64,000 nt of DNA from an uncultured Lachnospiraceae bacterium (GCA_949949005.1 CATLHM010000001.1:193491-257490), one strand, 5' to 3'; counted from the stretch's first letter, positions 28,949 through 38,554 are shown. Notes: a model not told the origin generated them from the letters alone. Translations and numbers: made by a program.

Positions 28949-30631
28949 ATGTCAACTCACAGATATATAGACAGGATTTGCGTTGCCCTTATCCTTTTTG
29001 CCATTGTAATAACAACGGTCTTTATGAACGGGGAATCGCTGGGGGTTCTTCCGGTTTTGGGCGGGACCGGGTATGCAAACAGGCTCTTTGATACCTCTAA
29101 GGTTCATACCATTGACATTGTGATGGAGGATTGGGAGGGATTTATCGAAAATTGTGAAAAAGAGGAGTATGAGGAGTGCGCGGTGGTCATCGATGGAGAA
29201 GCCTTTAAGAATGTGGGGATCCGGGCGAAGGGGAACACTTCTCTTTCCAGCGTGTCTGCTATGGGAAGCGAGAGGTACAGCTTTAAGGTGGAGTTTGATC
29301 ACTATGACAGCACAAAAAGCTATTTCGGGCTGGATAAGATCAGCCTTAACAATCTGATTCAGGATACCACCTTTATGAAGGATTACCTGGTCTATCAGAT
29401 GATGGGAAGCTTCGGCGTGGCTGCTCCTCTTTGCAGTTACGCTTACATCACGGTAAATGGCAAGGAATGGGGGTTGTACCTTGCGGTGGAGGGCGTGGAG
29501 GAATCCTTTTTGCAGCGCAATTATGGCAACGACTATGGCAATCTCTACAAGCCCGACAGTGTGAGCATGGGTGCAGGCCCGGGGAATGGCAGGGATTTCC
29601 GGATGGACGAATTTATGGAGTTTCCCGGCGAAGATGGTTCAGGCGAGATGCCGGAAATAGGAGGATTCCCTGGAAATAGGGGGGTGCCGGAAGGCAGGCC
29701 TGAGGAAGGAAAAGATATGCCGGATGGGCCTGGAGGATCCCCCGGCGGTTTCCCTGGGGGGATGGGAAGCAGCGATGTGAAATTGCAGTATCTCGGGGAC
29801 GACCCTGGAAGTTATTCCAATATCTTTGATAATGCCAAAACGGAGATAGGGAAAGCGGATCAGGAGCGCCTGATTTCTTCTCTGAAATCGCTCAGTGAGG
29901 GCAGCGGGATAGAAGAAGTGGTGGATGTGGATGCGGTGATCCGGTACTTTGTGGTTCATAATTTTGTCTGCAACGGGGACAGCTACACCGGAAGCATTGT
30001 CCATAATTACTATCTTTATGAGAAGGACGGACAGCTCTCCATGATTCCCTGGGATTACAATCTGGCTTTCGGCACTTTTGAGGCCGCTGACGCCACAGCT
30101 ATGGTGAACGCGCCCATTGATACGCCTGTGTCGCAGGGGCGGGAAGGCAACTTCCCTTTTGGAGGGCAGCAGAATCAGTCGGAACAGGAAAAGGAGACGG
30201 CCATGGACAGTGAGGATGGGACGGACAGCCGCCCTATGGTGGAGTGGATTTTTGCAGACGAAGCCTATGCCCGGCAGTACCATCAATATTTTGCGGATTT
30301 TTTGGAGAGCATAAACTTTGAGGAAATCATTCATACTACGGCAGAGCTGATCGGCCCTTATGTGGAAAAGGATCCTACGAAATTTTATACCTATGAGGAG
30401 TTTGAAACAGGGGTTGCCGCCCTGGAGGAATTTTGCAGGCTGCGAAAGGAGAGCGTGGAGGGACAGCTCTGTGGAAGGATTGCCTCTACCAGCACCGGGC
30501 AGGGAGCAGACGGCGCTGTATTGGTGGATGCCTCTCACCTTTCCCTCACAGATATGGGAACCATGGAACGTGGAGAAGGAAAAAGCTTTGCAGTCAGCCC
30601 GGATATCTTATATAATAACAGTAAACCATAG
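28949..30631 (+). CDS. CotH-kinase-family protein with an N-terminal membrane anchor
   Basis: GIRAKGNTS; YSFKVEFD; GLYLAVE; GNLYKP; NGDSY...HNYYLY; IPWDYNLAFG; Gly/Pro-rich insert. Confidence 0.88.
   Translation: MSTHRYIDRICVALILFAIVITTVFMNGESLGVLPVLGGTGYANRLFDTSKVHTIDIVMEDWEGFIENCEKEEYEECAVVIDGEAFKNVGIRAKGNTSLSSVSAMGSERYSFKVEFDHYDSTKSYFGLDKISLNNLIQDTTFMKDYLVYQMMGSFGVAAPLCSYAYITVNGKEWGLYLAVEGVEESFLQRNYGNDYGNLYKPDSVSMGAGPGNGRDFRMDEFMEFPGEDGSGEMPEIGGFPGNRGVPEGRPEEGKDMPDGPGGSPGGFPGGMGSSDVKLQYLGDDPGSYSNIFDNAKTEIGKADQERLISSLKSLSEGSGIEEVVDVDAVIRYFVVHNFVCNGDSYTGSIVHNYYLYEKDGQLSMIPWDYNLAFGTFEAADATAMVNAPIDTPVSQGREGNFPFGGQQNQSEQEKETAMDSEDGTDSRPMVEWIFADEAYARQYHQYFADFLESINFEEIIHTTAELIGPYVEKDPTKFYTYEEFETGVAALEEFCRLRKESVEGQLCGRIASTSTGQGADGAVLVDASHLSLTDMGTMERGEGKSFAVSPDILYNNSKP
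30588..30616 (+). promoter_or_regulatory. Probable nagA promoter inside the CotH 3' end
   Basis: TTGCAG-17bp-TATAAT. Confidence 0.55.
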
Positions 30632-30686
30632 CAAAGCCATGGAAAGGAGACTGCAGAGAGGGAAAGCGTGAAAGGAGGCAGGCGCA

Positions 30687-31832
30687 ATGATAATACAGAG
30701 TAAAAGAGTATGGATTGGCGGTCAGTTTGTGGAGGCGCAGTTGGAAATTCAGGGAGAAAAAATCCGGCGGATTTATCCCTGGGGAGCAAAGCAGGTGGAC
30801 GCAGATTATGGAAGGGAGCGGATTTTGCCAGGGTTTATTGATGTTCACACCCATGGCGCCTACGGATTCGACACCAACGACGCACAGCCTCAGGGGCTGC
30901 GGGACTGGATGAGACGGATTCCGGAGGAAGGAGTGACAGCCATACTGCCCACCACCGTGACGCAGATGCCAGAGGTGCTTACCGCAGCGGTGGCCAACGT
31001 GGCAAAGGTGGCAGAGGAAGGTTATGAGGGAGCGGAAATTCTGGGAATTCACTTTGAAGGCCCTTATCTGGATATGGAGTATAAAGGAGCCCAGCCGCCG
31101 GAGGCCATAGCAGGGGCCACGGTGGAGGAATTTTGCAGGTATCAGGAAGCGGCCCACGGTATGATCCGCTATATCACCTTAGCGCCGGAGCATGATGAGG
31201 ATTTCGCCCTGACCAGGTACTGCCGGGAGCATGGGGTGGTGGTGAGCATGGGACATTCCTCAGCAGATTATGAGACGGCTTTGATGGGGATTGCCAACGG
31301 AGCCATGAGCATGACCCATGTGTACAATGGTATGACAGCCTACCATCACAGAAAGCCCGGCCTTGTGGGAACGGCTTTCAGGGTGCGGGACATCTACGGG
31401 GAAGTGATCTGCGATGGCTGCCATTCCCACCTGGCGGCCCTGAACAATTTCTTTGCGGCAAAGGGGAGGGATTATGCCATCATGATTACGGATTCCCTGC
31501 GGCCCAAACATTGCCCGCCGGGGGGAGAGTACGATCTTGGCGGACATGCCATTGAGATCGGGGAGGACGGGCTTGCCAGACTCAAAGGCACGGACACCAT
31601 AGCAGGCAGTACCTTGTGCATGAACCGGGGGCTGAAAATTCTGGTGGAGGAAGCAATGGTTCCTTTTGACGCGGCAGTGAACTCCTGCACCATTAATCCG
31701 GCCAGAGCCCTGGGAGTGGATGACAGGAAGGGAAGCCTGATGGCAGGGTGCGATGGGGATATAGTGGTGCTTGCCGATGATTATCGGGTGATTCAGACCT
31801 ATTGTAGAGGAAAAGCCATGTTACCGGCTTAA
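30687..31832 (+). CDS. nagA: N-acetylglucosamine-6-phosphate deacetylase
   Basis: PGFIDVHTHG; HFEGPY; TLAPE; GHS; THVYNGM; AGSTL. Confidence 0.95.
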   Translation: MIIQSKRVWIGGQFVEAQLEIQGEKIRRIYPWGAKQVDADYGRERILPGFIDVHTHGAYGFDTNDAQPQGLRDWMRRIPEEGVTAILPTTVTQMPEVLTAAVANVAKVAEEGYEGAEILGIHFEGPYLDMEYKGAQPPEAIAGATVEEFCRYQEAAHGMIRYITLAPEHDEDFALTRYCREHGVVVSMGHSSADYETALMGIANGAMSMTHVYNGMTAYHHRKPGLVGTAFRVRDIYGEVICDGCHSHLAALNNFFAAKGRDYAIMITDSLRPKHCPPGGEYDLGGHAIEIGEDGLARLKGTDTIAGSTLCMNRGLKILVEEAMVPFDAAVNSCTINPARALGVDDRKGSLMAGCDGDIVVLADDYRVIQTYCRGKAMLPA

Positions 31833-32121
31833 GGCTTTGTGGCGGTGTCCAGGATTTTACAGGGCAAGTCAGCATCTTGGAGGAAGCCATGAAGAAGGAA
31901 AATGTGTGGGCCAACCTGGCGGATAGGGAGGAGCAGGTGTTTCGCTGTGTAAGGGCAGCCGGGGCTTGTGGTGAATGTCCAGGGGGCAGGAATGCGCACT
32001 GAACAATAAAATAAGTTGTACAACGATTCCCAAAGGCATATAATAGCGGTATGACCATAGGTATGACCATAGAGGAAAGAGCCGCAGAAGCGGCGGCGAG
32101 GGAAGGGAAAGGATAAAATTT

Positions 32122-32799
32122 ATGTGGAACGGAAAGCTAAAAGCTGTTACATTCAGTTATGACGACGGTGTTGTGATGGACAAAAGGCTGGTGGAGATTT
32201 TTAACCGCTATGGAATGAAGGCGACTTTTAATTTGAACAGCGGCCTGCTCAGTCATGCTCAGGTTTTTGATAAAGACGGGGTGGAAATTCATCGTATGAA
32301 TGCTAAGGGGCTTCCCGCACTTTATCAGGGACATGAGATTGCGGTACACTGTCTGACCCATGCGGATTTGCCCAAATGGGATGACGAGACGGTTTACAAT
32401 GAGATTCGGCAGGATAAGCAAAACCTGGAGCGGATTTTTGGACAGGAAATCTGCGGCATGGCATATCCTTTTGGCACCTATGATGAGCGCGTCATGAAAA
32501 TCGTGGCGGACTGCGGCATAAAATATGCGCGTACCGTGGAGGAGACCGGGGATTTCGGGATTAGTGAAAATCTTCTGGCGCTGAAGGCAAGCGCCCATCA
32601 CAGCCGTGAGGATTTGTTTGAGATGATCGACCGCTTCCTTGGGCTTAAACCGGAGAGGCCTCAGCTTTTGTATATCTGGGGCCACAGCTATGAATTCGAG
32701 GTGGACAAAAAGTGGGATCGTATCGAGGAAATCTGCCGCCGGCTGTCGGGGAGGGACGACATTTTTTACGGAACCAACAGCGAAGTACTCCTTATTTGA
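32122..32799 (+). CDS. Polysaccharide deacetylase (CE4/NodB) family protein
   Basis: TFSYDDG; HEIAVHCLTH; AYPFG; WGHSYEF. Confidence 0.88.
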   Translation: MWNGKLKAVTFSYDDGVVMDKRLVEIFNRYGMKATFNLNSGLLSHAQVFDKDGVEIHRMNAKGLPALYQGHEIAVHCLTHADLPKWDDETVYNEIRQDKQNLERIFGQEICGMAYPFGTYDERVMKIVADCGIKYARTVEETGDFGISENLLALKASAHHSREDLFEMIDRFLGLKPERPQLLYIWGHSYEFEVDKKWDRIEEICRRLSGRDDIFYGTNSEVLLI

Positions 32800-32929
32800 C
32801 TTATGAGATTTAACTTATTATAATAGGGTTGTCCGATAAAAAAGCAGCCGCAGAGAAGAATGCCGTTTGAGAGGACGGATTTTTCTCTGCGGCATGAAAT
32901 ATTTTATAATTGAGAAAGAAGGAATTGTA

Positions 32930-34168
32930 ATGACAAAAATTGATATTGTGTCCGGTTTTTTGGGCGCAGGGAAAACTACCTTGATTAAGAAGCTGCTGGC
33001 AGAGGCGCTGGGAGATACCAAGGTGGTGCTGATCGAAAATGAATTTGGGGAGATCGGCATTGACGGAGGGTTTCTCAAGGAAGCCGGTATTGAGATCAAA
33101 GAAATGAATTCCGGCTGCATCTGTTGTTCCCTTGTGGGGGATTTCGGTACTTCCCTGAAAGAGGTGATGCACACCTATGAGCCGGAGCGTATCTTGATCG
33201 AGCCCTCGGGGGTGGGGAAGCTTTCCGACGTGATGAAGGCAGTGCAGGATGTGATCGACACGAAGGAGGTGGCGTTAAACAGCGCAGTTGCTGTTGTGGA
33301 CGCTTCCAAGTGTAAGATGTATATCAAGAATTTCGGCGAATTTTTTATTAATCAGATTGCCCATGCAGGCACCATCGTGTTAAGCCGTACCGGAAATATT
33401 TCCGAAGAAAAGCTGGGCAAGTGTATGGAACTGATCAGAGAGCATAATGAGAAGGCGACCATCATCACAACCCCCTGGGAGGAGCTGGACGGAAAGGATA
33501 TTCTGGCAACCATTGAGGGAGCCGGAGATTTGGAGGCGGAAATGATGGCGGAGCTTAAGGCAAACCGCGATAAGGAGGAAGAGCTTCACCACCATCACCA
33601 TCATCATGACGGAGAGGAATGTGGCTGCGAGCATCATCACGGAGAGGATCACCATCATGAGGAAGAGTGCGGCTGCGAGCATCACCACGGGGAGGAAGGA
33701 CACCATCACCATCATGAGGAAGAGTGCGGCTGTGAGCACCATCACGGGGAGGAAGGACACCATCACCATCATGAGGAAGAGTGCGGCTGTGAACACCATC
33801 ACGGAGAGGAAGGGCATCATCATGATGAGGAATGCGGCTGTGAGCACCATCATCATGAGGAAGGGCACCATCATCACCATGCAGATGAAGTATTTACCAG
33901 TTGGGGGATGGAAACGCCTGCGGCCTACAGCAAGGAGGAGATCAGCCACATTCTGGAGGAGCTGGAAAATGAAGGAAGGTATGGCTTTGTCTTAAGGGCC
34001 AAGGGTATGGTTCCCGGAAAAGAGGGCGGATGGGTGTATTTTGATTATGTGCCCGGTGAGAGTAATGTGCGTGATGGCAAGCCGGACGTGACAGGAAAAT
34101 TCTGCGTGATCGGTTCCAAATTGAAGGAGGAGGCCCTGAAAGGCCTGTTTGAGGAAGCAAGGGAATAA
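32930..34168 (+). CDS. COG0523/CobW-family metallochaperone GTPase with a His/Cys-rich insert
   Basis: GFLGAGKTT; ENEFG; GCICC; IEPSGVG; LRAKG. Confidence 0.92.
   Translation: MTKIDIVSGFLGAGKTTLIKKLLAEALGDTKVVLIENEFGEIGIDGGFLKEAGIEIKEMNSGCICCSLVGDFGTSLKEVMHTYEPERILIEPSGVGKLSDVMKAVQDVIDTKEVALNSAVAVVDASKCKMYIKNFGEFFINQIAHAGTIVLSRTGNISEEKLGKCMELIREHNEKATIITTPWEELDGKDILATIEGAGDLEAEMMAELKANRDKEEELHHHHHHHDGEECGCEHHHGEDHHHEEECGCEHHHGEEGHHHHHEEECGCEHHHGEEGHHHHHEEECGCEHHHGEEGHHHDEECGCEHHHHEEGHHHHHADEVFTSWGMETPAAYSKEEISHILEELENEGRYGFVLRAKGMVPGKEGGWVYFDYVPGESNVRDGKPDVTGKFCVIGSKLKEEALKGLFEEARE
33586..33880 (+). repeat. Coding tandem repeat (about 45-60 bp units, 5 copies) encoding ECGCEHHHGEEGHHHHH
   Basis: GAGTGCGGCTGTGAGCACCATCACGG-like units repeated in tandem. 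Confidence 0.9.
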
Positions 34169-34277
34169 ACCGAAACCTGGGAAATGGCCTGAATATAGCC
34201 TGGGGCTATAGCTTGGAGCCATGGCCCCAGGCCATAGCCCCAGCCCATAGCAAATAAGGCCAGCATGGAGGATTAGA

Positions 34278-35207
34278 ATGAAGCCGGTTTATATGATAAA
34301 TGGATTTTTGGAGAGCGGAAAGACGGAATTTATCAGTTTTACGCTGGATCAGCCTTATTTTCAGATCAGAGGAAAAACCCTTCTCATCCTCTGCGAAGAG
34401 GGAGAAGAGGAATACGACGAGGCGCTTCTTAAAAGGACGCGGACAGAGCTGGTTCTCGTTGAGGAGGAAGAAGATTTCAATACCGCCCACCTGCTTGAGC
34501 TGGAAAAGAAGTACCGTCCGGAGCGTATTATTGTGGAATACAATGGAATGTGGAATTATAAGCAGATGAAGCTTCCCTTCCACTGGAAAATGGAGCAGCA
34601 GATTACCATCATTGACGCGTCCACCTTCCCCATGTATTTTACCAATATGCGCTCGCTTTTGGCGGAAATGCTCAGGAAGTCGGAGATGATCATTTTTAAC
34701 CGCTGCGATGATGTGGAGGATTTAAGCCTTTACAGAAGAAATATCAAGGCCATCAACCAGCAGGCGGACATTGTCTTTGAGGGGGCCGAGGGGGAGATCA
34801 ATCAGATTTTCGAGGAGGATCTTCCTTATTCTCTGGATGCGCCTGTGATCGAGCTGGATAATGAGGGTTACGGAATCTGGTATCTGGACAGCCTGGATAA
34901 TCTGGAGCGCTATATAGGAAAAACAGTTGCGTTTGTCGGGATGGTGCTAAAGCCGGGAGACTTTCCGAAAGGCTATTTCGTGCCAGGGCGCATGGCAATG
35001 ACCTGTTGTGCGGACGACATGGCATTTTTGGGTTTTGCCTGCGAGTATGAGGGATGTGATAAGCTTGCGGATAAACAGTGGGTCAAGGTAACGGCGAAGG
35101 TGACAAAAGAATATTTTGCGGATTACGGCGGAGAAGGGCCTGTGTTGAAAGCGCTCAGCGTGGAACAGACCAAGGCGCCTAAGGAAGCTGTGATCAGTTT
35201 TATGTAA
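34278..35207 (+). CDS. CobW-like degenerate GTPase fused to a TIGR03943/DUF1980-type C-terminal domain
   Basis: NGFLESGKT; VEYNGMW; GRMAMTCCADD. Confidence 0.7.
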   Translation: MKPVYMINGFLESGKTEFISFTLDQPYFQIRGKTLLILCEEGEEEYDEALLKRTRTELVLVEEEEDFNTAHLLELEKKYRPERIIVEYNGMWNYKQMKLPFHWKMEQQITIIDASTFPMYFTNMRSLLAEMLRKSEMIIFNRCDDVEDLSLYRRNIKAINQQADIVFEGAEGEINQIFEEDLPYSLDAPVIELDNEGYGIWYLDSLDNLERYIGKTVAFVGMVLKPGDFPKGYFVPGRMAMTCCADDMAFLGFACEYEGCDKLADKQWVKVTAKVTKEYFADYGGEGPVLKALSVEQTKAPKEAVISFM

Positions 35208-35229
35208 AGATGTACAGGGGTGAAGTTTC

Positions 35230-36144
35230 GTGTATCAATATTCCGCTATACAGTGGTTGTTTTTCTTTTATTTTTACTGCTTTTTCGGATGGATTTTTGA
35301 ATCTACTTTTGTCTCGGTCAAGAGCAGGAAGTTTGTCAACCGGGGATTTATGCGGGGGCCTTTTCTTCCCATATATGGAAGCGGCGCTATCATGATGCTG
35401 GTGGTCTCCATGCCTTTTCAGGACAATATCTTCCTGACTTATATCGCAGGCTGTATTGGGGCTACCATCCTTGAGCTGGTGACAGGAATCCTTATGGAAT
35501 CCCTTTTCAAGGTGCGGTATTGGGATTACTCCAATCAGAAGTTTAATTACAAGGGGCATATTTGCCTTTCCTCCACCATAGCCTGGGGATTTTTGACCAT
35601 ATTGATGACAGAATTGGTTCACAGGGGAGTGGAGAGCGTGGTTTTCCTCATTCCCTCTGGGGTGGTTACGGCTCTGACGCTTACGCTTACGGTTTATATC
35701 ATTGTAGATTTTACGCTTTCCTTCAAGGCAGCTATGGATCTGCGGGATATGCTCATTGGCCTGGAAAAGGCAAAGCAGGAGATGGAGCGGATCCAGAAGA
35801 GGCTGGATGTGCTTATTGCCATTGCCAATGAGGAGAGAGAGGCCCGCAAACAGGAGAAGGCTCTGCGGATAGATGAACTGACGGAAAGCATCGAAGAAAA
35901 ATTTGCCTCCTTAAAGGAGCGGTTCAGGATAAGCTCTCCGGAGTTTATGGTGGATGTGCGGGAGGAGATCATGGAGCTGCGCAGCAGATATTCCGTGGAA
36001 AAAGAGCAGCGGCAGCAGTTTAAAAAGCTCCGGGATTTCTATCAGAGAAGCCTGATCAAGGGCAATCCCGGCATGTATTCCAAACGATTCTCCGAGGCCT
36101 TAGAGGAGCTCAAGAAGGCAGCAGGCGAGTGGAAGAAAAAGTAA
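35230..36144 (+). CDS. CmpB/DUF1113-family membrane protein with a coiled-coil tail
   Basis: FVNRGFMRGPFLPIYG; WDYSNQKFNYKGHICL. Confidence 0.8.
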   Translation: MYQYSAIQWLFFFYFYCFFGWIFESTFVSVKSRKFVNRGFMRGPFLPIYGSGAIMMLVVSMPFQDNIFLTYIAGCIGATILELVTGILMESLFKVRYWDYSNQKFNYKGHICLSSTIAWGFLTILMTELVHRGVESVVFLIPSGVVTALTLTLTVYIIVDFTLSFKAAMDLRDMLIGLEKAKQEMERIQKRLDVLIAIANEEREARKQEKALRIDELTESIEEKFASLKERFRISSPEFMVDVREEIMELRSRYSVEKEQRQQFKKLRDFYQRSLIKGNPGMYSKRFSEALEELKKAAGEWKKK

Positions 36145-36185
36145 TATAAAGTAAAAAAATTGGTAATAAAAATTTAAATAAGGTA

Positions 36186-36214
36186 TTGACGAATTGCGTC
36201 ATAAATGGTAATAT
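36186..36214 (+). promoter_or_regulatory. tRNA promoter
   Basis: TTGACG-17bp-TAATAT preceded by an A/T-rich UP element. Confidence 0.75.
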
Positions 36215-36235
36215 ATCATTCGTGGCGTGAGTCAA

Positions 36236-36320
36236 GCGGAAGTGTCGGAACTGGCAGACGAGCAAGACTAAGGATCTTGTGAGCAATGCGCTCGTGTGGG
36301 TTCAAGTCCCATCTTCCGCA
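36236..36320 (+). tRNA. tRNA-Leu, anticodon AAG
   Basis: Acceptor stem GCGGAAG/CTTCCGC; anticodon stem CAAGA/TCTTG with loop CT-AAG-GA; long variable arm GAGC/GCTC; T-loop TTCAAGT; CCA not encoded. Confidence 0.93.
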
Positions 36321-36322
36321 TC

Positions 36323-36366
36323 AAATAACTGTAAGTCTTGAGAAGTCAAGGTTTACAGTTATTTTT
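36323..36366 (+). terminator. Intrinsic terminator after the tRNA
   Basis: AAATAACTGTAAG...TTTACAGTTATTT followed by a T-run. Confidence 0.75.
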
Positions 36367-36619
36367 GTTTTTTGGGGGCGTCGGTTTTGGCACTTCGTTT
36401 TAAAATAGTCTTGTGCGTTAGATTTCACAAGGAAAGGATATCGTTTAAATGCTTTTTAAATTGTCCTAACTTATACTGTAAGCAAAAAATAAAATCAATT
36501 CTACCGGGTTTGAACACGCTTGAACACGTTACCTGTCTTGCTGTTAATAGCTTTCTCATAAGCATCAGAACGAGTACCCTTTATCCTTAAATTATATATC
36601 CTGAAATCCCGCCATTTTT

Positions 36620-36937
36620 TTATAAACAGAGTTTCTCAAATCTCTTTTCTATGTCCGGCCTGATCGCTATTCCTTCTATCGTATCGAAATCCGGATAAAT
36701 AAGCCGGCTTTTGTTATCTCTAAGAAATCTGTAGAGCAACATATAGCAGTCCTGCTGATACAAAAAATCCAGAACAGAAAGAAATTGTCCTTCAGTTGCT
36801 TTTTCAGGGTGAAGATAATAATAGAAATCTTCATCACTGATAAAATTGCAAAGAGACACATATTCCAAATATAAAGATTTGTCATGATCTATTAAACCAA
36901 AAGATTTCCACCTTTGGTATATATCTTGTATTGTCAT
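36620..36937 (-). CDS. Hypothetical protein, 105 aa
   Basis: GGAG RBS; no recognisable motif. Confidence 0.6.
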   Translation of the reverse strand: MTIQDIYQRWKSFGLIDHDKSLYLEYVSLCNFISDEDFYYYLHPEKATEGQFLSVLDFLYQQDCYMLLYRFLRDNKSRLIYPDFDTIEGIAIRPDIEKRFEKLCL

Positions 36938-37057
36938 AATTATTCTCCAATCAAAAAGATATTAGGTTTATTCAAATTTGATATAACCGCACACCGTTAA
37001 TACATGCATTTGAAATCTCCTATACTCTTTTTAGCATTGTATACTAGGAGATTTTAT

Positions 37058-37300
37058 ATGACTTATTCTGATGTGATCATCAGACGATTAACGGATTTGT
37101 GTTCAGAGCGAAATATCACGATTAATAGACTTGCAACATTATCTGGTATAACACAATCTACTGTTGATAATCTGATGAAAGGAAAAACCAAAAATCCAAA
37201 GTTGAAAACTCTACATAAATTAGCGATAGGCTTAGATATGACAGTTTCAGAGTTATTAAATTTTCCTGAAATGAATGAGACAATTTTTGAGGATGAATAA
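37058..37300 (+). CDS. XRE-family HTH regulator
   Basis: ITINRLATLSGITQSTVDNL...NPKLKTLHKLA; AGGAG RBS. Confidence 0.88.
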   Translation: MTYSDVIIRRLTDLCSERNITINRLATLSGITQSTVDNLMKGKTKNPKLKTLHKLAIGLDMTVSELLNFPEMNETIFEDE

Positions 37301-37486
37301 AAGAGGGTGTTCAATAGATCTATATCTTGAACACCCTTTTGAACACGCTTAAATAGAGATGTACTGAAAGCCTTTCTTTTACTGTATTTGCGGAAGGGGA
37401 AATTCGTTCAAGACCCATCCTTCCGCAGTAAAAAGGAAACCTTGTGAATGATGAGGTTTCCTTTTCTAATTTATATCTATAATCGA

Positions 37487-37768
37487 CTATTCATCAAATA
37501 AATCCGCATGTGTACCAGTGTCAATCAATGTCAATGTTAATATATCATCTTCTATCAGATATATTAATAACCAATCTGGCTGAATATGACATTCCCGAAA
37601 CCCTTTATAGTTTCCACTAAGAGCATGGTCTCTATTTTTTGCTTCCAAAGGAATCTTGTGTAGTAATCGTTCTACAATATCCTCCAATAAAGAAATATTT
37701 AATCCCCGCTTTTTGGCAATCTTCAATCCTCTTTTAAATTTCCCGGTAAGGACTAACTCATATTTCAT
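37487..37768 (-). CDS. yafQ: YafQ-family mRNA interferase toxin
   Basis: DHALSGNYKGFRECHIQPDWLLIY; TGTHADLF. Confidence 0.92.
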   Translation of the reverse strand: MKYELVLTGKFKRGLKIAKKRGLNISLLEDIVERLLHKIPLEAKNRDHALSGNYKGFRECHIQPDWLLIYLIEDDILTLTLIDTGTHADLFDE

Positions 37769-38037
37769 AAATCAATGTCCTCCAGCGCTTCCGCAAAACT
37801 ACCGTATCTCTTTGTTTTAGGATCTCTGCTGATTTGTTTTGCTTCTTCCATAGCTTCTATCACTTCCTGCTTATATTTAGGAAGTTCCACACTAAAAGGA
37901 AGTCCGCCGCGCATAATCGCCTGCCTTAAAAACATATTTACGGCACTGGACATGTCAATTCCAAGTTGATTAAACAATTCTACTGCCTGCTTTTTCACAT
38001 CTTCTTCTATTCTTATTTGCGTTTGCACAGTTGCCAT
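37765..38037 (-). CDS. dinJ: RelB/DinJ antitoxin
   Basis: QIRIEEDVKKQA...LGIDMSSAVNMFLRQAIMRGGLPF; 4-bp overlap with the toxin. Confidence 0.9.
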   Translation of the reverse strand: MATVQTQIRIEEDVKKQAVELFNQLGIDMSSAVNMFLRQAIMRGGLPFSVELPKYKQEVIEAMEEAKQISRDPKTKRYGSFAEALEDIDL

Positions 38038-38554
38038 AATTTCACCTTCTTTCTATTACATTGTATATGAGTTTGTTTACAATGTCAATCAGATACATCA
38101 ATAATATTATGTCGACATATTATAAAATGAAATTTAAAGTACCATTTTTATTCAATGCCATCACAAACAGGAATTTAATCAAATCTAATTCTGAATTTGA
38201 ATTCTGCATCTCCAGAAAGAATAGTCTCTACTTGTTCTACATAAAGTTTATTTTCATTCCATATGCTCTCGCCTACATAAATAATGCAGTGAGATCGAGC
38301 CTATCTATGCCTGCACGTTTGGCGGATTAAGGGACATTACTTTAATATTTGATTTTCTTTCATTAAAAGAAGAACCCCCGAAAGTATTAGCGGTTTTTGT
38401 TGTCAGGGTGCTGGTAGACTCCTTTAATTAAAATTTATTACTATTGATTCGGTATCTTGTATGGTATCCCATCCTTCCAGACAGGCCAGCTTTTCCCGGA
38501 GCAACAAAAAACCGCCAGCGTCAGCCAGCGGTTCCATCGTTACTATATTTTGTG

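Larger units (their letters stand above)
36299..37427. mobile_element. Degenerate tRNA-anchored integrative islet (no integrase)
   Basis: tRNA 3' end GTTCAAGTCCCATCTTCCGCA recurs as GTTCAAGACCCATCCTTCCGCA (37406-37427); TTGAACAC repeats near both ends; AT-rich. Confidence 0.65.

Noticed and set aside
33586-33880. Regular repeats resembling a CRISPR array
   Set aside because: In-frame coding repeats with no unique spacers and no cas genes
34195-34252. Short CATAGCC/CCCAG repeats between the two GTPase genes
   Set aside because: Low-complexity hairpin-like intergenic sequence; no supportable function
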